From Chlamydiota bacterium (GTDB lineage: Bacteria; Chlamydiota; Chlamydiia; Chlamydiales; Criblamydiaceae), in contig JAJFMC010000212.1 of NCBI GenBank assembly GCA_021772365.1, positions 1 through 28,858 of the forward strand: a DNA stretch of 28,858 bases, in the 5' to 3' direction. Positions 17,448 to 26,072 of this stretch are shown here, piece by piece. The translations under genes and the position numbers were made by a program. The notes under the pieces are model-generated. The model was not told the origin of the DNA. It worked only from the letters and a program-made list of their open reading frames with translations, and did not search any database. Numbering within the stretch: position 1 is the stretch's first letter; each line of letters opens with the position of its first letter.

Positions 17448-20147
17448 ATGACCAATGAAATGACAATCATCACATATGGAGGCGGAGAGATCTTATTCAA
17501 GTTATTTACTGGAATAAAGATGGTCTTCGATAGTGGATTCATTAAATGGATGTCATATTGCATGGCATCGATTACGGCTGTATATGTGATTTATTTGTCA
17601 TACTTTAAGCCACATCCTGATCATCTAACGAAGAATTTTCTTTTTCCCGTATTAGCTCTTGTTATTTTATGTTTCAATGTAAAAACCACGGTTTATATTG
17701 AAGATTGTCTCCCTCTTTCCCAAGGGGGAATCAATTGGACTTCAGGTAATCGCAGTCAAAATACGGAACATGTAGCTCAACCTTCCAGAAGTGTTGATGG
17801 GGTTCCCTTTATCATTGGTTTCCTCTCGAAAACAATAAGTTCTTTGGGTTATCAAATGACTCTTGCTGTCGAAAGCGTTTTTCACGAGGTTGATGATGAA
17901 AAGTACTCGAAAACTGGGATGATTTTTGGCGCAGAAACCGCCCTAGATATGAATGAAATTGTGATCAATGATGGAAATTTGGACAGTAATCTACGCACTT
18001 TTTGTAGAAACTGTATGCTTTACGACTTGGCGTTAAATCTCTATACCCTAAAAGACTTGAAAAACGAAACAAATCTACTAGATTTTCTAAAGGAAAGAAC
18101 AGCAAAAAGCCGTTATATGAATTACATTGATAATTCTTCAGAACAAACTAAATTGATTTCATGCAAAGAGGCTATCGAGAATATCTCAAAAAAACTCGAA
18201 AAGGGTGGCCCTGAAGTAGCACATCAACAAAACAAGCAAATCTTCAGAAATTTACCTATAGCCTATCAAGCATTGACTAAAGTGTCTGGAGATAGCGAAG
18301 AGATCATCAAACAGCTTCTTGTGATGAGTGTTGTAACCGAAGAGATGTCTTCTCAAGCCTTCGCCTCCAAAAGAGCAGCTCTTCAACAAAAAACTACATG
18401 GAAAACTATGGGCGGTATCGCTGATGGATTGGTTATTACAACTCGTTGTGTAATAGAGTCCTTGATTTATGGAGCTGTTCTCTTCGTGATCCCTTTGTTG
18501 TTCCTTCCATCAGGGTTTACTTATTTGAAAACATGGGTTTGGCTTTTGGTGTGGATTCAACTATGGCCTCCATTTTATGCGATTTTAGATTATATAAGTT
18601 TGATAGCTGCTAGGGGACAATCCGATGGACTGTTTGATTCCAGTAGGGCTAATACTTGCTGTCTTTCGATATATAATACGATTGGCCTTTCCAATGTTTA
18701 TGGAAATATCTCGGCTTACGCAAAATCCATGAAAATTCTAATTCCCCCACTATCTTATGCCATATTACAGGGGGGAGTTGGATCCTTTGTCCATCTCACA
18801 AGCTCAATGATGGGAGCTTCTCAGCAGGCTGTTTCTCAGGCATCATCTGACGAGATGTCGGGGAATTACAGCTTTGCTAACGCAAGCATGGACACCAAAA
18901 ATTTTTCCAATGCTACTTACGGACAACAAAATTATGCCTCCTCAACTAAATCAGGTTTTGTTAGCAGAGAGTCAATAGGGGAAAAAGTTGATTTTTCCTC
19001 TGATGCAAGCGTCATGCAAGAGAAACGTACAGATTTGTCTCATGGTTTTTCCGTTGATGAATCATTTAGAAGTAGCTTAGCAGAAAACCTTACAACTTCA
19101 CAAACAGCGCATGAATCTTCAGCAAGAAGTCTAAATGAGAGTATCTCAAATACAGGAAGAGATGCTAAGGATTTCACTTCCCATGTAGCTCATGACTTAA
19201 GTTATAGCACCTCTGATTCCACAAGTGAATCTTTTGAAGCATCAAAGGCCGCACAATTCATGGAAAATAAAGCGGATACATTTGCAAAAGACCATCGATT
19301 AAGTTCAGATGCCTCCTGGGAAATTTTTGGATCAGTTGGAGCGGGTATCCCCGGTACAGATGTTAGAATGGGAATTAGCGCAAAACACGGGATTACTTCA
19401 AGCGACACATGGAACGACGCCTTATCCGTCAGTGAATCTACTGAATATCGAGAGGCATTCAATAAAGTAGAAAACTTTGCAAAGAATTTCTCACAGAATT
19501 CTACTGATGGGGAGGGGGAGAGAATGGCGACATCATTTACTCAATCAGTTGATCAGATGAGATCGGACTCTATGCAATATTCAACAACACTTGATAATAT
19601 GAACCAATCTTCGCATGCATCCAGCTTCTATAACGATTGTTCTCTATCTGAAAGACAGGATTTAACGCAAAAATTTCTGGATTTTGCAATTGATGAGAAA
19701 GGATATAGCATTAATCAATTTCCCAATAAAATTATGGAAGATTCAGTGGCCTCCAAGGAATTAGTTCAAGACTTTACTTCTGCTCTAATTCCTAAGATAG
19801 AGGCCCCTCAGGATTATATCGATCCGGAAAATTTTTACAGGGGATCAGTTGAAAGTATCGAAAATCAATCGACTATAACGACTTCTGTAAGTTCAGAGCG
19901 GTTTGGAAGCATGAATATGGGGGGATCTGTGAAAAATGATGTTGCGGAGAAGCTGTTGGTAAAACAGAACCATAACAATAAGTTTGAAGATACAAGAGAT
20001 CTGATTAGTGAGGCAAAAGATTTGGTTCATACAAAAACGGTTGATAAACAACCAGTTAGTTTAAGGGAATTAGACCTTGAGATCAATTGGAATCAGTCAT
20101 TTGATGATGATGTTGCACCTAACTATAGTTACTGGTGGGGAAAATAA
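17448..20147 (+). CDS. traG: TraG (F-type, VirB6-like N-terminus)
   Basis: IITYGGGE, VDGVPF, WIQLWPP.YAIL, multiple TMs, Ser/Thr-rich C-terminal half. Confidence 0.92.
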   Translation: MTNEMTIITYGGGEILFKLFTGIKMVFDSGFIKWMSYCMASITAVYVIYLSYFKPHPDHLTKNFLFPVLALVILCFNVKTTVYIEDCLPLSQGGINWTSGNRSQNTEHVAQPSRSVDGVPFIIGFLSKTISSLGYQMTLAVESVFHEVDDEKYSKTGMIFGAETALDMNEIVINDGNLDSNLRTFCRNCMLYDLALNLYTLKDLKNETNLLDFLKERTAKSRYMNYIDNSSEQTKLISCKEAIENISKKLEKGGPEVAHQQNKQIFRNLPIAYQALTKVSGDSEEIIKQLLVMSVVTEEMSSQAFASKRAALQQKTTWKTMGGIADGLVITTRCVIESLIYGAVLFVIPLLFLPSGFTYLKTWVWLLVWIQLWPPFYAILDYISLIAARGQSDGLFDSSRANTCCLSIYNTIGLSNVYGNISAYAKSMKILIPPLSYAILQGGVGSFVHLTSSMMGASQQAVSQASSDEMSGNYSFANASMDTKNFSNATYGQQNYASSTKSGFVSRESIGEKVDFSSDASVMQEKRTDLSHGFSVDESFRSSLAENLTTSQTAHESSARSLNESISNTGRDAKDFTSHVAHDLSYSTSDSTSESFEASKAAQFMENKADTFAKDHRLSSDASWEIFGSVGAGIPGTDVRMGISAKHGITSSDTWNDALSVSESTEYREAFNKVENFAKNFSQNSTDGEGERMATSFTQSVDQMRSDSMQYSTTLDNMNQSSHASSFYNDCSLSERQDLTQKFLDFAIDEKGYSINQFPNKIMEDSVASKELVQDFTSALIPKIEAPQDYIDPENFYRGSVESIENQSTITTSVSSERFGSMNMGGSVKNDVAEKLLVKQNHNNKFEDTRDLISEAKDLVHTKTVDKQPVSLRELDLEINWNQSFDDDVAPNYSYWWGK

Positions 20148-21820
20148 TGACTGATGTGATGAAATCCATAGCGGAAGGAGGGCAAACTTGGGCGCACAGG
20201 ATGCGCATGATCCGTCAGGTTCTTAAGATTATAGTATTAACCTCTCTATTTATCCTTTTGGCAACGGTTGTTTCTTCTATGCTGTGGAATAACAGCTCTT
20301 TGCTCATAGCACTTTATTACAACGTAAAAGCATCGCTCGTCTCTGTGTTTGATAATCAGATATTAATAGATCCTCATCTTTGGAAAAAGGTGACTGGGAT
20401 TTCACATGGAAATAGAGAACTTACCATGTCTGTCAGTAGAGTATTAAAGATAACAAATCCTCAAGTGGATAAACTTTATGCCGAATTTTTGAAAAGCATG
20501 TTCTTGGGATTGAAGATCTTTTCTGTTAGCACGCTAATGATGCTCTCATATTTTTTACTCCGTGGACTTAGCTCGAAAAGGAAAAAGCATCTTTCAGGAT
20601 CAAAAATTGCAAATTCCATGATTCTCATATTAAGGCTTTACCTTTTCAGAAAAGCATCAAATATAAAAATTGGATCGCTTCCATACGTGATAAATACAGA
20701 AACGAAACACACCCTTATAACTGGTGGAACGGGAAGCGGAAAAACAAATTGCCTTCATCACATTCTGTCATCAATTAGAGAATCTAAAGCAAAAACAATT
20801 GTGATTGACACAACCGGAACATTTGTCTCACGTTATTATCGAGAAGGAAAAGACATCATTCTTAATCCCTTTGACGAAAGGGGAGTTGCATGGAGTCCAT
20901 GGGCAGACTGTGAAGATAGATTTGATTATGAAGAAATGGCCGAGAGTTTTATTCCTATATCTAATAGAGAAAGTGAGGGATACTGGAGAACAGCAGCCAA
21001 GTCTCTATTTTCTTCCCTATTGCAAAAACTAGATGAGACTAAAAGAATATCCGATCTTGTGCGATGGGTTCTTTTTTCTTCCCTTCAAGATTTAAGCGCC
21101 TTTGTAGAGGGGACAAAAGCCGCTTCTCACATAGATATCAACTCCGAAAAAACCGCAGGTTCCGTCCGTTCTGTAGCCTCTTCCTTTCTAGAATGCCTAG
21201 AATATCTAAAAGATACAGAGAATCCCTTTTCCATCAAACAGTGGATCAAAAAAGAGGATGACTCTTGGCTCTTTATTAGCTGTAAACCATCGCAACGTGC
21301 TTCCATAGCCCCTCTTATCACCAGCTGGATCTCCATTGCCGTTAGGGGAGTCCTCTGTCTAGAGCCATCAAGAACACGCCGTATTTGGTTTGTCCTAGAC
21401 GAGCTTCCAACCCTAAACAAGGTCAAAGGTTTGGAAACACTTCTGACAGAGGGCCGTAAATACGGGGCATGCTCACTTTTAGCCCTACAAAGCCCCTCTC
21501 AACTAGATTCAATCTATGGCAGAGATATTTCTCATATAATCGCGGGTAATTGTTCTACAAAGATCGTTTTTTCAGAGTACGATCCTGAAATCGCAGAGCG
21601 TATCTCAAAAGTTTTTGGTAAAAGCGAAATAGAGGAGTATCAAGAAGGCATCTCCTACGGAGCTCATGAGATGAGAGACGGAGTTAACATTTCCCGTCAA
21701 AAGAAAAACCAAGCAACTGTTTCAGCTACTGACATCCAAAATTTACGTCCAAATCAGGCGTATGTAAGGTTATCAGGGAAGATTCCTATTACTAAGCTGA
21801 AATTGAAGATTGTTCGGTAA
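20147..21820 (+). CDS. traD: TraD type IV coupling protein
   Basis: ATG 20147 overlaps the traG TAA. Walker A GGTGSGKT, LNPFDER..WSPW, Walker B WFVLDELPTL, GRKYG, EGISYGA. Confidence 0.93.
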   Translation: MTDVMKSIAEGGQTWAHRMRMIRQVLKIIVLTSLFILLATVVSSMLWNNSSLLIALYYNVKASLVSVFDNQILIDPHLWKKVTGISHGNRELTMSVSRVLKITNPQVDKLYAEFLKSMFLGLKIFSVSTLMMLSYFLLRGLSSKRKKHLSGSKIANSMILILRLYLFRKASNIKIGSLPYVINTETKHTLITGGTGSGKTNCLHHILSSIRESKAKTIVIDTTGTFVSRYYREGKDIILNPFDERGVAWSPWADCEDRFDYEEMAESFIPISNRESEGYWRTAAKSLFSSLLQKLDETKRISDLVRWVLFSSLQDLSAFVEGTKAASHIDINSEKTAGSVRSVASSFLECLEYLKDTENPFSIKQWIKKEDDSWLFISCKPSQRASIAPLITSWISIAVRGVLCLEPSRTRRIWFVLDELPTLNKVKGLETLLTEGRKYGACSLLALQSPSQLDSIYGRDISHIIAGNCSTKIVFSEYDPEIAERISKVFGKSEIEEYQEGISYGAHEMRDGVNISRQKKNQATVSATDIQNLRPNQAYVRLSGKIPITKLKLKIVR

Positions 21821-21917
21821 CGGGGATAGGGGTGAGATTGTCGCACACCGACCGAATCCGACCCCTCAATAAATGGATATCTAATGATAGGCAGAAATCA
21901 GAAAAAAGGTCCATTTT

Positions 21918-22036
21918 TACGTATAGTAAATCCAAGGCACTTTTTTTTAATGTAGATTGATTTCCAGTATCTTATGAAATGAGCTGTTTTGTTGAAGTTT
22001 GAATTGGAAAAAACGTCTAATTTTTGTTGGGCGCTG
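21918..22036. repeat. 119-bp direct repeat, copy 1 (IS-end-like)
   Basis: tacgtatagtaaa...tttttgttgggcgctg; three mismatches to 25445-25563. Confidence 0.95.
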
Positions 22037-22040
22037 ACTG

Positions 22041-22826
22041 AATTTTGGGCGTCAAGCGGATAGGCATGGTTTGCAACATTAGCAGCTTGTGGTGGAAAGT
22101 CGACTAAAGATGAACACAATCATGAAGCGGGTGAAAAGCCTAATGCACACGAGGAACACTCAGGGGAAGAAGGTGGACACGGCGGTCAGGAAGAGGCAGG
22201 TATTAGGGAAGTTCATCTTTCTGATTTCAAATTTAAGAGTCTTGGAATACGTGTCGATTCGTTGCCAAATAGAAAACTATCTGGGGTAGTTTATGCAAAT
22301 GGTCAGCTGGAAGCGCCTCCACAGCACGAAGCAACGGTTACTGTAATATTGGGAGTGAATATTCAATCAATAAAAGTAATTGAAGGAGATCAAGTCAGAA
22401 AAGGACAAACTTTAGCCTATTTAGCGCATCCTGATTTGAGTAACCTTCAGGCTTCATACCTTAAAGCCTATAATCAAAGTTTATATCTCGAAAAAGAGTA
22501 CAAACGCCAAAAACGATTGTATGAAGAAGAGGTCGGTTCAGGTAAGCAGTTTCAGGAAGTGGAATCGAAATACCAATCTGTAAAAGCTGAAATGATGGCG
22601 TATGAATCGCAATTAAAGCAGCTCAGTCTGAGCGTAACAAATATCCGTGAAAGGAAAATTTATGATCAAATTTCAATTGTCAGTCCAATTGATGGATACA
22701 TTGAAAAATGTGTTGATTCAAATTGGACAATATGTTTCTCTGTCAACTACATTTTTTAAGGTTGTAAACCTTACAGTAAGTGGAATATGCGACAAATACA
22801 CTAAATTAACCCCCTTAGGAAAATGA
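22041..22826 (+). pseudogene. Degraded Bacteroidetes-type RND periplasmic adaptor (CzcB/CusB-like lipoprotein)
   Basis: Frame open from 22064: ..ATLAAC-GGKSTKDEHNHE..EVHLSD..GQLEAPPQHEATVT..SPIDGYIEK. No start codon, an apparent +1 frameshift in the signal region, a +1 frameshift at about 22709 (continues VLIQIGQYV) and C-terminal loss. Confidence 0.8.
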
Positions 22827-25324
22827 AAAAACTACAAATACAAATACCCCTCATTCTGCCTGAAGTACCTGATGAAAAAGATGAATGTGTACATAAACTG
22901 ATTAGTCTCATTCATGATGTCGAAGGCCTGCAAAAAGTACATGTGGCAGATGAAACTGACAATGGAGTGCCACAGCTTTGTTTTCATTACGATCCTGAGA
23001 AGATTTCCCTTGATCATATTCTAAAGTTAGCTAAACGTACAGGGGCTTCCATTATTGATAAATACGGTCATCAATTGATTGAGGTAGAAGGGATTCGTCA
23101 TACTCGTCATGCCAGAATAATTGAAGAAGCACTCAAGAGATTAGATGGAGTTTTAGAGTGTGTAGTGTCTGCTTCGGGTATGATCCGATTAGAATTTGAA
23201 ACGGCAAAAATTGAAAAAACGGAAATCCTTAAATTACTGCGTAAGGAAGGTTTAGACATTATTACTACAGAAGTACAAGTCGAACGGTATATAAGAAAGA
23301 CTGCCGATAACGATGTAGAGGTCAGACAAAATGAAGAAAAAGACCGCAATGACCATGAGGAAGGCGAAGGACATAATCATTCCCACGAGGGAGTTTTTGG
23401 TAAAAATACGGAGCTAATTTTCTCCATTATTTGTGGAGTACTATTGGGTATTGGGTTCGGACTTTCCTTTGTGGAAACGATTCCTTCTTGGGTAATCCTG
23501 TCACTCTACATTGGGGCGTATTTCTTCGGAGGGTATTTTACTGCCAAAGAAGCAATTCAAACAGTTGCAAAAGGGGGCTTTGAGATTGATTTTCTCATGC
23601 TGGTGGCTGCTATTGGAGCAGCTATTTTGGGTGAATGGGCAGAAGGTGCCTTGTTGCTGTTCCTGTTCAGCATGGGACATGCCTTGGAACACTACGCCAT
23701 GAACAAAGCCCGTAAATCCATTGCCGCTTTAGCAGAACTGGCTCCTAAAACGGCCTTGCTTAAGAAAAATGGGAAAATAGAAGAAATAGATATAAAAGAA
23801 CTGAGCCTTGGAGACATCATTGTAGTGAAGCCCAATAGCAAAATTTCAGCTGATGGGGTGGTCGTCAGAGGTACAAGTAGCGTTAACCAGGCTCCTATAA
23901 CCGGGGAAAGTGTACCTGTAGACAAAGAACCTGTGGATGATCCCGATAAAGACTGGTCGCAGGAAAAAGACATCAAGGATGAGAACCGTGCTTTTTCAGG
24001 TACGATCAATGGTAACAATACACTGGAAATCAAAGTGATAAAAGTAGCGAAGGACTCTACACTCTCTCGCCTGGTGAAATTGGTCAATGAAGCCCAGACC
24101 CAGAAATCACCTACCCAGCGGCTCACCGATAAATTTGAGAAGTATTTTGTGCCTGCTGTTTTGGTACTGGTGGTCTTGCTCAATTTCGCTTTTCTGGTCA
24201 TTGATGAAAGCTTTAGCGAAAGCTTCTACCGCGCCATGGCAGTACTGGTTGCTGCCAGCCCTTGCGCTTTGGCCATAGCCACCCCGAGTGCCGTGCTAAG
24301 TGGAGTAGCCCGAGCAGCCAAAAGTGGGGTGCTTATAAAAGGCGGGCGTCCATTGGAAGATTTAGGAGTACTTACTGCCCTGGCTTTTGATAAAACCGGA
24401 ACACTAACAGAAGGTAAGCCTAAGTTAACGGAGGTGGTACCCCTGAGTGATGTGAAAGAAGATGAACTACTGAAAATAGCAGTGGCTGTAGAGAGTCTCA
24501 GTGATCACCCTCTGGCAAAGGCCGTAGTGCGTGATGGGAAAGAGCGACTGAATGATGCTGACATACCAGTAGCGAAGGACCTTGAAGCCGTGCTTGGCAA
24601 GGGGATCAAAGCCACACTGGGTAGTGACAAAGTTTACATTGGCAACCTGGATCTGTTTGAGTCGCTGGATGACAAGAAGCCATCAAAGGAAACAGAAGAA
24701 AAAGTAAAGTCTTTAGAGTCTGATGGCAATACCACCATGCTCATCCGACAGAATGACGATTACATAGGCATCATAGCCTTGATGGATACGCCAAGAAAAG
24801 AAGCCAAAAACACCCTGGAAAAACTGAAAAAGATGGGTATCAAGCGCATGATCATGCTTACTGGAGACAATCAGAAAGTGGCCGATGCGGTAGCCAAAGA
24901 AATAGGGCTTACAGATGCCTGGGGAAGTCTCTTGCCCGAAGAAAAAGTGGATGTAATCAAAAAATTGAAAGAGCAAGAATCCAAAGTAGCCATGGTGGGC
25001 GATGGCGTAAATGATGCCCCGGCCATGGCCAACAGTACAGTAGGTATCGCTATGGGGGCAGCAGGAAGTGATGTAGCTCTGGAAACTGCGGACATTGCCC
25101 TGATGGCTGACAAGCTGGAAACCTTACCTTTTGCAATCGGTTTAAGTAGAAAGGCCAAAGGCATTATCAAACAAAATCTCTGGGTGAGTTTAGGAATAGT
25201 GGGTATTTTAATTCCACTTACTATCTCCGGCATTGCAACCATCGGGCCTGCTGTTTTAATACACGAAGGCTCAACCTTGGTTGTAGTATTCAACGCATTG
25301 CGATTGTTGGCTTATAAAAATTGA
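22823..25324 (+). CDS. cadA: Heavy-metal-translocating P-type ATPase (P1B; SPC/HEGST, CadA/CzcP-like)
   Basis: TGES, SPC, DKTGTLT, SDHP, GDGVNDAP, HEGST. N-terminal HMA-like domains and a His-rich linker. Confidence 0.95.
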   Translation: MKKLQIQIPLILPEVPDEKDECVHKLISLIHDVEGLQKVHVADETDNGVPQLCFHYDPEKISLDHILKLAKRTGASIIDKYGHQLIEVEGIRHTRHARIIEEALKRLDGVLECVVSASGMIRLEFETAKIEKTEILKLLRKEGLDIITTEVQVERYIRKTADNDVEVRQNEEKDRNDHEEGEGHNHSHEGVFGKNTELIFSIICGVLLGIGFGLSFVETIPSWVILSLYIGAYFFGGYFTAKEAIQTVAKGGFEIDFLMLVAAIGAAILGEWAEGALLLFLFSMGHALEHYAMNKARKSIAALAELAPKTALLKKNGKIEEIDIKELSLGDIIVVKPNSKISADGVVVRGTSSVNQAPITGESVPVDKEPVDDPDKDWSQEKDIKDENRAFSGTINGNNTLEIKVIKVAKDSTLSRLVKLVNEAQTQKSPTQRLTDKFEKYFVPAVLVLVVLLNFAFLVIDESFSESFYRAMAVLVAASPCALAIATPSAVLSGVARAAKSGVLIKGGRPLEDLGVLTALAFDKTGTLTEGKPKLTEVVPLSDVKEDELLKIAVAVESLSDHPLAKAVVRDGKERLNDADIPVAKDLEAVLGKGIKATLGSDKVYIGNLDLFESLDDKKPSKETEEKVKSLESDGNTTMLIRQNDDYIGIIALMDTPRKEAKNTLEKLKKMGIKRMIMLTGDNQKVADAVAKEIGLTDAWGSLLPEEKVDVIKKLKEQESKVAMVGDGVNDAPAMANSTVGIAMGAAGSDVALETADIALMADKLETLPFAIGLSRKAKGIIKQNLWVSLGIVGILIPLTISGIATIGPAVLIHEGSTLVVVFNALRLLAYKN

Positions 25325-25444
25325 AAAAAAGCACATTCAAAATAACCAAAATGGACTGCGCCTCCGAGGAGCAAATGATCCGTATCAAGCTGGAAGGCTT
25401 TAGTCAGGTAAAGCAGTTAGGGTTTGATATTCCAAACCGGAAAC
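25321..25444 (+). pseudogene. 5' fragment of HMA-domain cation transporter (CDF-type), truncated by the repeat
   Basis: TTG overlapping the ATPase stop reads MKKSTFKITKMDCASEEQMIRIKLEGFSQVKQLGFDIPNRKL, then enters repeat copy 2. Resembles the recalled Bacteroidetes MDCxSEEQMIR N-terminus. Confidence 0.65.
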
Positions 25445-25563
25445 TACGTATAGTAAATTCAAGGCACTTTTTTTTAATGTAGCTTGATTTCCAGTATCTT
25501 ATGAAATGAGCTGTTTTGTTGAAGTTTGAAATGGAAAAAACGTCTAATTTTTGTTGGGCGCTG
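25445..25563. repeat. 119-bp direct repeat, copy 2
   Basis: Same orientation as 21918-22036; 116/119 identical. Confidence 0.95.
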
Positions 25564-26072
25564 GAAGCCATAAATATATGGGTTTTTCTTTAGAAATTTC
25601 TTGTTTCTGACAAAAATTGGCTATTTCAAAATAGAGGGGAGCCTTCGACTTCTAGTCATGCCTTATCAACGAAGGAGGTTTCATAGGCAATTATCTCCCA
25701 GATCCACATACTCAGTTTCTTCAAAAAAAGGGTGGGATTGTGGAACTCAAATGTTGTGAAAGCTTGATAACTGGCTATCAGTTGGATTACTAGTGAATTT
25801 TTTCCGCAGGAAACTCGAATGGAAAAGACAACAAAGTAACGAAGAATATTTAGATTCACAGTGAACTGTAGAATCTGTACAGTCTTGATTTTTCATGTCG
25901 TTGTATCGTTGAAAAAGGCTGGGCTTAAACGGATTATTTCTACCTAGTCAGTCAAGCACTTAAATAATTTTAGAATAACATTTGTAAAAAATGAGGATAT
26001 TCACGATGATCCAATCAGTAATATAGAAAGGTGAATTATTAAATATTAAATAAATCGGATTGGTTCTATTGA

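Noticed and set aside
20190-20197. gggcgcac, similar to the MOBQ nic core (reverse of GTGCGCCC)
   Set aside because: Inside the traD coding sequence, lacks the TAA flank and adjacent hairpin; likely chance.
21795-21914. Minus-strand ATG (MDLFSDF...) just inside repeat copy 1 as a transposase start
   Set aside because: The frame closes after about 40 codons and shows no convincing transposase motif; cannot be supported.
22089-22289. 66-aa ORF, and 22262-22759 taken as a complete gene
   Set aside because: Both are explained by the degraded adaptor pseudogene, whose frame is open from 22064 without a start.
25656-25859. 67-aa minus-strand ORF
   Set aside because: No RBS, motif or context support.
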